A stretch of DNA of 64,000 bases from an uncultured Fibrobacterota bacterium (GCA_964455935.1 CAYVZU010000008.1:299-64298); one strand, 5' to 3'; positions 27,693 through 37,477 are shown, counted from the first letter of the stretch. Made by a program: numbers and translations. The notes: generated by a model not told the origin, from the sequence alone.

Positions 27693-28001
27693 ATGGCCAA
27701 CAAATCCCCTTGGTATCTGAATCTGTCTCCTTTGGGTGCCGCTTACCAGCATTTTTCTAATGCCGCCAAACAGAAGACCGTATTGGATCCCAAAACAAAA
27801 GAGCTGTTAAGAGTCGCCGTGGCCTCGGTATTCCGATGCGAACATTGCACGGAACATCACATCAAGGACGCTCTCGGCGCCGGTGCCACGAAACAGGAGA
27901 TTGCGGAGGCAATCCTTCTGGCTTCGTTGCAGTCTGCCGGCACGCAGCTCAATTGGAACGAAGAGCTGTTTAGCGAACACCTCGTCGATAAGCCGCAATA
28001 G
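27693..28001 (+). CDS. Carboxymuconolactone decarboxylase / AhpD-like family protein
   Basis: RCEHCTEHH motif and the expected size (102 aa). Confidence 0.65.
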   Translation: MANKSPWYLNLSPLGAAYQHFSNAAKQKTVLDPKTKELLRVAVASVFRCEHCTEHHIKDALGAGATKQEIAEAILLASLQSAGTQLNWNEELFSEHLVDKPQ

Positions 28002-28279
28002 CGAAATCGGGCGATTTCTGCTCCCCGGCACCGGGTTGGTTTGGCGGCCAGAGCCGCCTTTCGCCCGTAGCTTCCATCCGTGCACTCTAGCACATTCCTA
28101 ACATCCACCTAATCCAGCGCGCATTTTCCATTGCGACTTTATGGTCCAGGTCTAGCCAAGGACTAACACGGGGCCAATCGCAACGTAACCCGCACAGGTG
28201 ATCTTATACGCCAATCGGCTGGGTGCCGGTTCCGTGAAGGCGGGACGCGGAAGAACCCGTAAAAGGGAGGGGGAAGAGA

Positions 28280-29797
28280 ATGAGAAAGATCCTTTCATTA
28301 TTCGTGGTTCTTGGCCTGACGGGGACTGTTCTGGCGCAGGCCCTGGACACCGCCGCGGCGGCAGACGAAAGCCGGACGGCCGCAAACCAAGAGCGGCTCA
28401 AGTCATTGGAGGGCAAAGCTGACGGTCTCAACAAGTCCTACTTGGAAACCAAATCCACCGTTGACAAGCTGGCAAAAATCAAGATTTCAGGCTACATTCA
28501 GACTCAAGCGCGCATGCCTACGGACTATGATGCGGCCACGGATTCAAGCCTCACCCATTCCGCCTGGGGCAAGTATCAGTACAAGGTGGGCGACTTCGCC
28601 GGCGGTGCCTTTTCCGATCGGGTTTCGAGCGCATTCGAAGTTCGTCGCGGCAGAGTTAAAATCGCCTATGAAACGGCATTGAGCATGGCTGTTGCGCAGC
28701 TCGATATTATCCCCTTTAGGTCCGCCAATTTTCTTCAAAGCGTGACCACAACAACAACGCGTGACACAATAGCCGACAGCCTGGGTGTCAACCATGTCGT
28801 AACCCGGTCCGCCACAACAACATCAACCAGCAGCGCGGCCCTCACCGGCGGCGGTGTTAGCGTGAAGGATATTTATCTGAGATTCACCGAGCGCTGGTAC
28901 AAGAGCTTCGCGCTTAAAATGGGTATTTTCGACAGGCCCTTTGGCTTTGAAATCGGCTACAGTTCCAGTTCCCGCGAATCGCCCGAGCGCTCCAGGGCCG
29001 AGCAGACCCTGTTCCCCGGCGAGCGCGATTTGGGCGTTTCACTTGAATACTTACCCGCGGACAACATGCCGGTTTGGGCTCAGCATTTGAATTTTAAGGG
29101 CGGCTTCTTTACTGGAAACGGGATTAACGTGGAAACCGACGGTAAGCGCGACTTCATTGGCCGGCTGGGCGTTACCTTCCCGTTTAATGAGCTGAACTTC
29201 GCGGTTGACGGTGGCGCCTCCCTCTACAATGGCTCGGTCCTTTCCCAGAACGATTCGGTTTTTGAAATCAGCGGCACATCCTTTGCGCCGGAAACCGGTA
29301 ATAAGAATGAATATATCGACCACCGGTACTTTGGCGGCGATGTGCAAATCTATTACGGAAATACCCCGGTCATTGGTGGAACCACGTTGCGCCTGGAAGG
29401 ATACGTAGGCTCCCAGCCCGGTTCCAAGACCAGCAATTCCTCTCCAAAATCCGACATGCCCAGCTCGGCCCAGATTTACAAACGCAATTTTCTGGGCGGC
29501 TATGTTATGCTGGTTCAAAACCTCGATCCCATTAAAAGCCAGCTTGCGCTCCGCTATGATTGGTTTGATCCGAATACGGAAATCGAGGGGACACAGGTCA
29601 GTTTTCAGGAAACCCAGACCACCGACCAGAGATACGGTACGCTGGGGATTGGCGAGGTTTATCACTGGGACGAGAATGTGAAATTCATCGCTTACCTCGA
29701 CAAGATTTCTAACGAGGAAATCACGGATAGCCGGGCGATCTTTACCGATGATGTTGAGGACAACGTTTTCACTTTCCGTGTCCAATACAAATTCTAA
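28280..29797 (+). CDS. Phosphate-selective porin O/P family outer-membrane protein
   Basis: Signal peptide, N-terminal coiled-coil, beta-rich body, and a C-terminal aromatic residue (..QYKF). Sits immediately upstream of pstS. Confidence 0.7.
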   Translation: MRKILSLFVVLGLTGTVLAQALDTAAAADESRTAANQERLKSLEGKADGLNKSYLETKSTVDKLAKIKISGYIQTQARMPTDYDAATDSSLTHSAWGKYQYKVGDFAGGAFSDRVSSAFEVRRGRVKIAYETALSMAVAQLDIIPFRSANFLQSVTTTTTRDTIADSLGVNHVVTRSATTTSTSSAALTGGGVSVKDIYLRFTERWYKSFALKMGIFDRPFGFEIGYSSSSRESPERSRAEQTLFPGERDLGVSLEYLPADNMPVWAQHLNFKGGFFTGNGINVETDGKRDFIGRLGVTFPFNELNFAVDGGASLYNGSVLSQNDSVFEISGTSFAPETGNKNEYIDHRYFGGDVQIYYGNTPVIGGTTLRLEGYVGSQPGSKTSNSSPKSDMPSSAQIYKRNFLGGYVMLVQNLDPIKSQLALRYDWFDPNTEIEGTQVSFQETQTTDQRYGTLGIGEVYHWDENVKFIAYLDKISNEEITDSRAIFTDDVEDNVFTFRVQYKF

Positions 29798-29851
29798 GAA
29801 AGACGGGTGGTTCATGCATAAGACATCCTATCACTCTTACAAGGAGATGTT

Positions 29852-30673
29852 ATGCGGAAAATTCTTGTCCTGCTGAGCATGGTCTTGTTGAGCGCACTGG
29901 CCTTCGGCAAGACCGTGATCACAGTAAAAGGCTCCGACACCATGGTTATCCTGGCCCAGCGCTGGGCCGAGATGTATATGGCCGCTCATCCCGATGTGAC
30001 GGTGCAGGTCACGGGTGGCGGATCGGGAACCGGAATTTCGGCCCTCATCAATGGCACTACGGATATCTGCAATGCTTCCCGACCCATGAAGGGAAGCGAA
30101 CGGGAGAAACTCAAACAGCGCTATAACTCTCTGGGCGTGGAAATTAAGGCGGCCAAGGACGGGCTTTCCGTCTATCTGAACGAAGACAATACAGTTACGG
30201 AACTAAGTTTGGCCCAGATTCGCAGCATCTACCTGGGCAGCATTACAAACTGGAAAGAGGTGGGCGGCAACGATGCCAAAATCATCCTTTATGGCCGTGA
30301 AAACAATTCAGGGACCTACGTTTATTTCCGGGATTTCGTCCTCAAGGGCCAGGACTTTTCGCCTCAGACCCAGACATTGCCGGGAACGGCCGCGGTCGTA
30401 AATGCGGTCGCAAAAGATAAAAACGGGATCGGCTATGGCGGCGCTGCTTATGCCAAGGGCATTCGCTTCGCCCAGGTCAAGGCTGACGAGAACAGCCCCG
30501 GATACGAGCCCAACGCCGAAAATGTCAAAAAGAACCTGTATCCGATCAGCCGGTATCTCTATCTGTACACCCGAAGCAGGCCTACGGGTGAAGTGAAGAA
30601 ATACATCGACTGGATCCTGAGCCCCGAAGGCCAATCCGTTGTCGAGAAGGTCGGATATTTCCCGGTGCGATAA
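29852..30673 (+). CDS. pstS: Phosphate-binding protein PstS (second system)
   Basis: Signal peptide. TVKGSDTM..GGGSGTG PBP motifs. Confidence 0.9.
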   Translation: MRKILVLLSMVLLSALAFGKTVITVKGSDTMVILAQRWAEMYMAAHPDVTVQVTGGGSGTGISALINGTTDICNASRPMKGSEREKLKQRYNSLGVEIKAAKDGLSVYLNEDNTVTELSLAQIRSIYLGSITNWKEVGGNDAKIILYGRENNSGTYVYFRDFVLKGQDFSPQTQTLPGTAAVVNAVAKDKNGIGYGGAAYAKGIRFAQVKADENSPGYEPNAENVKKNLYPISRYLYLYTRSRPTGEVKKYIDWILSPEGQSVVEKVGYFPVR

Positions 30674-30735
30674 TGGATCGAGTCTGTTCAGCGCCCCCTT
30701 CCCATCCTTCCCCCGCAGGGGGCAGGTGCTTAAGG

Positions 30736-30770
30736 AAGTCCCCCTACGGGGGATTTAGGGGGCGTTTTAC
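30736..30770 (+). terminator. GC hairpins between pstS and pstC (attenuator/terminator-like)
   Basis: CCCCCGCAGGGGG and CCCCCTACGGGGG stems, followed by ATTT. Confidence 0.4.
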
Positions 30771-30775
30771 CAGCG

Positions 30776-31795
30776 GTGGAAGCCAAGATGAATTTTCGTA
30801 GGCTCCGGCTTCGCATTGCCGAATTCATTGCCGAGAAGGCGATTTTCGCGATTGCGCTCTTCTCGCTGGCCTGTATTGTCCTGATCTTCGTGTTCGTGTT
30901 TCGCGAAGCCGCAACCCTGTTTGTTAATCGATCTCCTGCATCATCCCAAAACGCACTGGAGCAGCAGGAAACCTACGGTGACGAGGGTCTGGAAGATTCT
31001 CCCCCGCCTGATGAATTGGTCGAGAAGGAAAAGGCGATCCGCTTTCGGGACTTGTGGTGCACGATCTGGCAGCCCGTGTCGTTGCACCCGCGATACGGGC
31101 TTCTGCCGCTTCTGGCCGGCAGTCTGAAGGTGACGTTGATTGCGATTCTTTTCGGTGCGCCGATCGCGATTCTAGCCGCGCTCTTTACAATAGCCTTTGC
31201 GCCGCGCTGGTCCAAGGAAATTCTGAAGCCGGCGATCGAGATTTTGTCGGGGTTTCCCTCCGTGGTGATCGGCTTCTTTGCTCTCGTTGTCATGGCCTCC
31301 TTTCTCCAGAAGCTTTTTGGACTGGAGTACCGGCTAAACGCATTCGTAGGCGGGCTTGCGCTTTCGCTGGCCGTCATTCCCATCATCTACACGATCTCCG
31401 AGGATTCTCTTTCGGCCGTTCCCAAGTCTCTGAGCGAGGCGAGCCTTGCCCTGGGGGCAGCCAAGTGGGAAACCGTGCTGTTCGTGATGCTGCCCGCGGC
31501 CACGCCCGGCATTTTCGCCGCGATCCTCCTTGGCTTTGGCCGTGCCTTTGGCGAAACCATGATCGTGCTGATGGCCACGGGCAATGCAGCGCTTCTTTCG
31601 TTCGATGTACTGGAGCCTGTGCGCACCATGTCGGCCACCATTGGCGCGGAAATGGCCGAGGTGGTCTTTGGCGATACACATTACAGCGTTCTCTTTATGA
31701 TTGGCGCCATCCTATTTGTCATCTCCTTCGGACTCAATGCAATAGCCGAGGTGTTCGTGCGCCAGCGTTTGATGAAACGATTCAAAGGTGGATAA
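30776..31795 (+). CDS. pstC: Phosphate ABC transporter permease PstC
   Basis: GTG at 30776 (ATG at 30788). EAA-like loop SLALGAAKWETV. Confidence 0.9.
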   Translation: MEAKMNFRRLRLRIAEFIAEKAIFAIALFSLACIVLIFVFVFREAATLFVNRSPASSQNALEQQETYGDEGLEDSPPPDELVEKEKAIRFRDLWCTIWQPVSLHPRYGLLPLLAGSLKVTLIAILFGAPIAILAALFTIAFAPRWSKEILKPAIEILSGFPSVVIGFFALVVMASFLQKLFGLEYRLNAFVGGLALSLAVIPIIYTISEDSLSAVPKSLSEASLALGAAKWETVLFVMLPAATPGIFAAILLGFGRAFGETMIVLMATGNAALLSFDVLEPVRTMSATIGAEMAEVVFGDTHYSVLFMIGAILFVISFGLNAIAEVFVRQRLMKRFKGG

Positions 31796-32698
31796 GTGAG
31801 GTTTAGGAAATCATTGTACGGCGCCTCGGTCTTTGGAATCACGGCCTTTTGCGCGGGTATTATTTTGACCGCCCTGGTGATCATGATGACCACCATTGTC
31901 CTGGGCGGCTACAAGCATATCACATGGACATTCCTGACCGCGGCGCCTGCGGAGGGCATGACCGCCGGCGGGATCTTCCCGGCCATTGTGGGAACATTCT
32001 GGCTTGTACTGCTCATGTCCCTGGCCGGCGTGCCGGTGGGCACGGCCACAGCCCTTTACCTGTGCGAATACGTCCGCCAGCGATCGATCATCGTGCGCGC
32101 CATCCGTTTCGCCGTCAACACCCTGGCGGGAATCCCATCCATCGTTTTCGGGCTCTTTGGCCTGGGATTTTTTATCCAGTTCGTGGGAAAAAGCGCCGAT
32201 TCGCTGCTGTTGGGACCCGGCGTGGTGAAATGGGGACAGCCCAATCTGCTATGGGCCAGTCTCACCATGGCCGTCCTCACCCTGCCCGTGGTGATTGTCT
32301 CGGTGGAGGAGGCCATCAAGAACATGCCGCAAGAATATCGCGAGGCAAGCTTCGCCCTGGGCGCGACCAAGTGGCAGACAATTCGGCAGGTGGTCATTCC
32401 TCATTCCCTCACCGGTATGTTCACGGGCAGCATTCTGGCAATCAACAGAGGCGCAGGCGAGGTCGCTCCCATTCTCTTCACCGGAGTGGCCTACTTCCTT
32501 CCGCACCTTCCCTCGGATTTATCGGACCAGTTCATGCACCTGGGCTATCACGTCTATATCATGGCAACGCAATCAACCAACGTGGAGCAGACAATGGGAA
32601 TCCAGTACGCGACCACTCTCGTGCTGCTGTTTCTGGCCTTCACGCTGAACCTGGGGGCCATTTTGCTGCGGTATCGGATTCGGAGGAGGATGGCCTAG
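31796..32698 (+). CDS. pstA: Phosphate ABC transporter permease PstA
   Basis: GTG start directly after the pstC stop. SFALGATKWQTI motif. Confidence 0.9.
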   Translation: MRFRKSLYGASVFGITAFCAGIILTALVIMMTTIVLGGYKHITWTFLTAAPAEGMTAGGIFPAIVGTFWLVLLMSLAGVPVGTATALYLCEYVRQRSIIVRAIRFAVNTLAGIPSIVFGLFGLGFFIQFVGKSADSLLLGPGVVKWGQPNLLWASLTMAVLTLPVVIVSVEEAIKNMPQEYREASFALGATKWQTIRQVVIPHSLTGMFTGSILAINRGAGEVAPILFTGVAYFLPHLPSDLSDQFMHLGYHVYIMATQSTNVEQTMGIQYATTLVLLFLAFTLNLGAILLRYRIRRRMA

Positions 32699-32716
32699 CA
32701 TGGCCGGAACACCATA

Positions 32717-33475
32717 ATGAGCGCCTATAAGACAATAATCCGCAATTTGAACTTCTTTTACGGAAGCCAACAGGCTCTTTTCGACATCACCATGGATATT
32801 GAGCCGTTTCAGGTCACGTCGCTGATCGGACCTTCGGGGTGCGGCAAATCCACATTTCTGCGCACGCTCAACCGCATGAATGATCTAATCGAGAATACCC
32901 GGGTCACCGGCGAGGTGATCGTCGACGGCCAGGACATTTATGGCAAGAAGGTGGATGTCGTGGCCTTGCGAAAGAAGGTTGGAATGGTCTTTCAGAAATC
33001 AAACCCATTCCCAAAAACAATTTTCGACAATGTCGCCTTCGGCCCCAGAATTCACGGGATTCACAACACAAACCGGCTTAACGAAATCGTGGAGAGCTGC
33101 CTGCTCCGGTCGGGCCTTTGGGATGAGGTCAAAGATCGGCTGCACACAAGCGCACTGGGTCTCTCGGGCGGTCAGCAGCAGCGGTTGTGCATCGCGCGCG
33201 CCCTGGCCGTGGACCCGGCAATTTTGCTGATGGATGAACCCGCTTCGGCCCTTGACCCGCGCTCGACCGCTAAGATCGAGGATCTGATTGCCGAATTGCG
33301 GAAGAACTATACCATCATCATTGTCACGCACAACATGCAGCAGGCCTCGCGCGTTTCCGATATCACGGCCTTCTTCTACGAGGGCCGCCTCATTGAAATG
33401 GGGCCAACCCGAAAGATCTTCACGAAACCCGACATCAAACAAACCGAAGACTATATCACCGGAAGATTTGGATAA
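32717..33475 (+). CDS. pstB: Phosphate ABC transporter ATPase PstB (fully canonical)
   Basis: Walker [10 protein letters not shown], signature LSGGQQQRL, Walker [12 protein letters not shown] and H-loop VTHNMQQA are all canonical. Confidence 0.95.
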   Translation: MSAYKTIIRNLNFFYGSQQALFDITMDIEPFQVTSLIGPSGCGKSTFLRTLNRMNDLIENTRVTGEVIVDGQDIYGKKVDVVALRKKVGMVFQKSNPFPKTIFDNVAFGPRIHGIHNTNRLNEIVESCLLRSGLWDEVKDRLHTSALGLSGGQQQRLCIARALAVDPAILLMDEPASALDPRSTAKIEDLIAELRKNYTIIIVTHNMQQASRVSDITAFFYEGRLIEMGPTRKIFTKPDIKQTEDYITGRFG

Positions 33476-33488
33476 GCGAGGAACCACC

Positions 33489-34169
33489 ATGGCAGTCCAC
33501 ATGCGCCGCGAGATCGACAAACTTAATCAGCAACTGCTTGAGCTTGGTACGCGGGTCGAAGAGGCGGTTGTGGCGGCCATTGCCGCCGTGGAGGAACAGG
33601 ACGTCGAGTCCGCCCGGCAGGTGATCCAAAACGACGAGCGAATCGATCGCAGTGAAATTGAGGTGGAAGAGGAATGCCTCAAGATTCTTGCCCTTTATCA
33701 GCCCGTGGCCATTGATCTCCGGTTCATTGTCGCGGTACTCAAGATCAACGGCGATTTGGAGAGGATTGGCGATCTGGCCGTTAATATCGCCGAACGGGCC
33801 ATGCTCCTGGCGTCCAAAGATGCGCCTTCCGTCGACTTCGATTTCCATCGAATGTCCCAGGAAGCCCTGGCCATGCTCAAGCAAAGCCTGGACGCACTGG
33901 TCAACATGGATGCCAACTTGGCCTATCGAGTCCTGAAATCCGATGATGAAATTGATTCTTTAAACCGCCAGAATTACGACAAAGTCATGTACGCTATCAA
34001 CAGCAATGCCCAGCACGCCAAGATCATGATCCATTACCTGAGCATTTCCCGTTTTCTCGAACGCCTGGCGGACCATGCCACCAATATTGCGGAAGACGTT
34101 ATCTATCTGGCGACCGGCGAGATCGTGCGCCATGCCGGAGAACAGGACAGGCCGACTTCTAACCCTTGA
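33489..34169 (+). CDS. phoU: Phosphate signalling regulator PhoU
   Basis: Start taken at MAVHMRREI (33489). Two PhoU repeats. Confidence 0.9.
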   Translation: MAVHMRREIDKLNQQLLELGTRVEEAVVAAIAAVEEQDVESARQVIQNDERIDRSEIEVEEECLKILALYQPVAIDLRFIVAVLKINGDLERIGDLAVNIAERAMLLASKDAPSVDFDFHRMSQEALAMLKQSLDALVNMDANLAYRVLKSDDEIDSLNRQNYDKVMYAINSNAQHAKIMIHYLSISRFLERLADHATNIAEDVIYLATGEIVRHAGEQDRPTSNP

Positions 34170-34269
34170 GCCGCCCAAGACCAGCCATTGAACAGGGCCT
34201 GGCATCTGGTTTGCTTATCTGGTTTGATTAATAGTGGCCGCGCATCCGCCAATCATTTATGGAGGAATC

Positions 34270-34809
34270 ATGCCTATCAAAACAGAGCAGGAAGAAAAGA
34301 TCAGCACGCAAGCGATGATGGAAGTGTACACGAAACTTGGAACCCCTGGCGCTCCCCATCAGTTTCTCGCCAGTTCGGCTGGAAGCTGGAAAATCACAGT
34401 CAAATCATGGATGGAGCCCGGCATGCCTCCAACGGAAAGCACTGGAACCAGCGAACTGAAGATGATCATGGGCGGCCGGTTTCTTCAGGAAGAGTTCACC
34501 GGTGAAATGATGGGGAAGAAGTTCACCGGCTTGGGGATTACAGGATACGATAATCATACGAAGAAATACGTGTCGACCTGGATCGACTCCATGGGGACCG
34601 CCATGCTCTTTTTCGAAGGATTCACCGACCCGGAAAACAGGGTTCTCACCCTGAAGAGCCGCTATGACGACCCATTCAAGGGTTCCATGACCTGGCGTTC
34701 GGTGACCACACACGTGGATGAAAACACTTGCCTTGTTGAAATGTGCAGCGTTGATCGGAGCGGCAAGGAAGAGAAGATGATGGAGATGTCCTACGTGCGC
34801 AGGCGCTAG
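34270..34809 (+). CDS. DUF1579-like protein
   Basis: ATG at 34270 with a GGAGGA RBS. The alternative start is 34234. Family assignment is from memory. Confidence 0.45.
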   Translation: MPIKTEQEEKISTQAMMEVYTKLGTPGAPHQFLASSAGSWKITVKSWMEPGMPPTESTGTSELKMIMGGRFLQEEFTGEMMGKKFTGLGITGYDNHTKKYVSTWIDSMGTAMLFFEGFTDPENRVLTLKSRYDDPFKGSMTWRSVTTHVDENTCLVEMCSVDRSGKEEKMMEMSYVRRR

Positions 34810-34893
34810 GACGATTTTTAGAAACGAGTTCCGTAATGGGCCGGCCGCCCCAGCAGTGACGCGGCGGCCCGAACTGAACCGATGTCGGAGCGC

Positions 34894-36795
34894 TTACAAT
34901 TCAACCCTTGATCCCAATTCCACAACGCGGTTGGGCGGAAGCCCATAAAAGCTTGTAGCGTCAAGAGCGTTGCGCGACATGAATTCGAACAGCTTTTTAC
35001 GCCACATTCGCATTGTGGGATGTTTTCCAATAACCAGCGATTCGCGCCCCAAAAAATAGGTGGTCGTCTCGGGTTTCAAAGCGCTATCCAAACCCGTGAG
35101 ATTCATAAGCGCCGCGGGAATATCGGGTGCCTCAAAAAAGCCGTAGCCGAGAATCACCCGAAAAATCCCATGCCCCAATGAGTCGACCCGCGCGCGCTGC
35201 GAAGCGGCCACATAGGGGATCTCCTGACTTTTTACCGCAAGGATGATCGTTCGTTCGTGCAGAACCATATTGTGCTTAAGATTGTGGAGCAGGGACCCGG
35301 GAACCGCTTCGGCATTGGCCGTTAAAAAAACGGCCGTCCGGGGGACCCGATTGAATTGCGTCACGTGCTCCGGAAGGATGCTTAACGGCATTGCGTTCGC
35401 AAAAATCCTCTTGCGCAAGACCTCCCGGCCGTCGATCCATGTCTTAAAAGAAATGAAGATCGCCGCTGCAATAATCAGCACGATCCATCCGCCGGTTCCA
35501 ATTTTTAGAAGGTTTGAGATAAGAAACGAGCAGTCAACAAGAAAGAATGCCGCAATCAGGGGCACAAGAAATATCCAGCGCTTCTTCCATAGCGCGCGCG
35601 AAACGAGCGCAAGGAGCATGGTTGTGATCAGCATTGTTGCCGAGACCGCGATCCCGTAGGCCCCTGCCAGGCGACCGGACTCTTTAAAACCAAGAATGAG
35701 GGCCAGCGTTCCAAAAAAGAGGCACCAATTCATAAACGGCACGTAAACCTGCCCTATTTCGCTGATTGAGGTATGACGAATCTGCACCCGGGGCCAGAAA
35801 CCAAGAGCCACGGCCTGTTTTGCCAATGAAAATGCGCCGGAGATCACCGCCTGCGATGCAATAACGGTCGCGGCGGTTGCCAAAACCACCATCGGGAGCA
35901 GAGCGCCGGGTGGAACAAGGCGATAAAACAGATTATCGATGGGTCTGTTTGCGCCCAGCAAATAGGCTCCTTGTCCGAAATAATTCAGCAGCAGGCCGGG
36001 AAGAACAATGCCATACCAGGCAAGTCGAATCGGCTTTCGTCCAAAATGACCAAGATCCGCGTAAAGGACTTCGGCCCCGGTAACCGCCAAAAAAACCGAA
36101 CTCAGAGTTTTAAAGCTGTACAGACCATTGCGGTCCAGGAAATCCATGGCAAGGACCGGGTTCAGGGCTGCCAGAATCGAAGGATCCTTTGCTATGGAGA
36201 TTGCGCCCAGCAGCCCCAGAACCAGAAACCAAAGCAAAACAACGGGGCCAAAAAGAGTACCGATTCGCGCGGTTCCTTTTGACTGAACCGCAAAGAGCGC
36301 GGCAAGAGTTCCGATCGCGACGGGAATAACATATGGCTTAAAAAGCGGTGTTGCCACATTCAGCCCTTCCACTGCGCTTAGAACGGAGATTGCCGGCGTT
36401 ATAATGCCGTCGCCAAAAAGCAGGGCGGCCCCAAGAATTCCCATGGAAAGCACCAACAGGGAGTTCTTTTTTCTGGGATCGGCCCGGCCTCGTTCCACAA
36501 GCGTCATGAGGGCCAGAATGCCCCCTTCCCCGTTGTTATCCGCACGCAGAACCAGAAAAACGTACTTAAAGGAAACAATCAGAAGGATGGTCCAAAGCAT
36601 AAGGGACACAACCCCCAATACATTCTCCTTTGTGGCGGGGACCGCGTGCGCGCCTAGGAAACATTCCCGAAGGGCATAGAGCGGACTGGTGCCGATGTCG
36701 CCGAAAACAATGCCCAGTGCAAGAAGGATTAAATGGGGAATTTTGCCCCTTGATTGTTGGTTGGAAACGAAAAATTGAGGTGTGGAAGAAAGCAT
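34894..36795 (-). CDS. kup: KUP/HAK/KT family potassium transporter
   Basis: GDIGTSPLY motif, 12 TM helices and a C-terminal cytoplasmic domain. Confidence 0.9.
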   Translation of the reverse strand: MLSSTPQFFVSNQQSRGKIPHLILLALGIVFGDIGTSPLYALRECFLGAHAVPATKENVLGVVSLMLWTILLIVSFKYVFLVLRADNNGEGGILALMTLVERGRADPRKKNSLLVLSMGILGAALLFGDGIITPAISVLSAVEGLNVATPLFKPYVIPVAIGTLAALFAVQSKGTARIGTLFGPVVLLWFLVLGLLGAISIAKDPSILAALNPVLAMDFLDRNGLYSFKTLSSVFLAVTGAEVLYADLGHFGRKPIRLAWYGIVLPGLLLNYFGQGAYLLGANRPIDNLFYRLVPPGALLPMVVLATAATVIASQAVISGAFSLAKQAVALGFWPRVQIRHTSISEIGQVYVPFMNWCLFFGTLALILGFKESGRLAGAYGIAVSATMLITTMLLALVSRALWKKRWIFLVPLIAAFFLVDCSFLISNLLKIGTGGWIVLIIAAAIFISFKTWIDGREVLRKRIFANAMPLSILPEHVTQFNRVPRTAVFLTANAEAVPGSLLHNLKHNMVLHERTIILAVKSQEIPYVAASQRARVDSLGHGIFRVILGYGFFEAPDIPAALMNLTGLDSALKPETTTYFLGRESLVIGKHPTMRMWRKKLFEFMSRNALDATSFYGLPPNRVVELGSRVEL

Positions 36796-36996
36796 TCATC
36801 CCCCAATGATTGCGGACCTGTGCGCGGGATTGCTCTTCGCGCTGACGGTGGTAAGCCCCGTGGTCGAGATCGCCGATGTAATGTTGAATAGGTTGTCTAT
36901 GAGCTTGCTCGGCTTGGTTCGGGAAAACAGAAGTGAAAGGAACCGTGTGCCAATGGGAGACGGTTGGATCGGTGTGTCTAATGACTGAGAATCCAT
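36796..36996 (-). CDS. 66-codon upstream ORF in the same frame as kup, separated from it by a single TGA
   Basis: GGAGG RBS 7 nt upstream of ATG 36996. Stop TGA 36798..36796 is immediately followed by the kup ATG. Coding status uncertain. Confidence 0.3.
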   Translation of the reverse strand: MDSQSLDTPIQPSPIGTRFLSLLFSRTKPSKLIDNLFNITSAISTTGLTTVSAKSNPAHRSAIIGG

Positions 36997-37065
36997 TTGG
37001 TTTACCTCCGGTTTTGGGGCATTACGGAGGCAGAACCGGAATGGTTACCTCACAATAACGCTCTC

Positions 37066-37190
37066 CCACATGCCTACGAGGTTAGCTGACGGGCTCGGGC
37101 TTGGAAGTGCCCTATCCTTGACGGAATACGCCCCAAGAGTTGGGTCCCCCGCATCCATGGTTTTCCCATGGATTTCGGCTACATCATTTG
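37066..37190 (-). promoter_or_regulatory. c-di-AMP riboswitch candidate (ydaO/kimA class) in the kup leader
   Basis: The minus-strand RNA contains GAUGCGGGGGACCC, UUGGGGCG..AUUCC and CCCGAGCCCGUCAGCUAACCUCGUAGGC. The last matches the conserved 3' block of the B. subtilis ydaO aptamer as I recall it. Confidence 0.6.
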
Positions 37191-37477
37191 TGAAACTTGT
37201 TAAACCTAAATGCCGCGGTTGCTGCTATTCGCTACGGGCAACTGCGGTTTTTGGGTTAAGATTCTGTTGCTAACCTCCCTTTGGTTGGATGGTTTCACAG
37301 TACGAGTATTTCGATGATGAAAAATATAGCAACAATAATTGGCGGCAATCAATTTGTTCAGCGCCCTTGTGGAACGCACAAGGTGCGATTTAAACGCAAA
37401 ATACCGTAGCGGTAACAGGGATACAAGCCGGGAGCCGCGCAGTCAGTCAGAAGCAGAAGGGATCTATGAGGCGGGTT

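Noticed and set aside
36796-36798. In-frame TGA between the uORF and kup considered as stop-codon recoding (UGA=Gly/Sec)
   Set aside because: TGA serves as the stop in at least eight ATGA overlaps in this window. The genome is high-GC, unlike known UGA-recoding lineages. No SECIS-like context was examined or evident.
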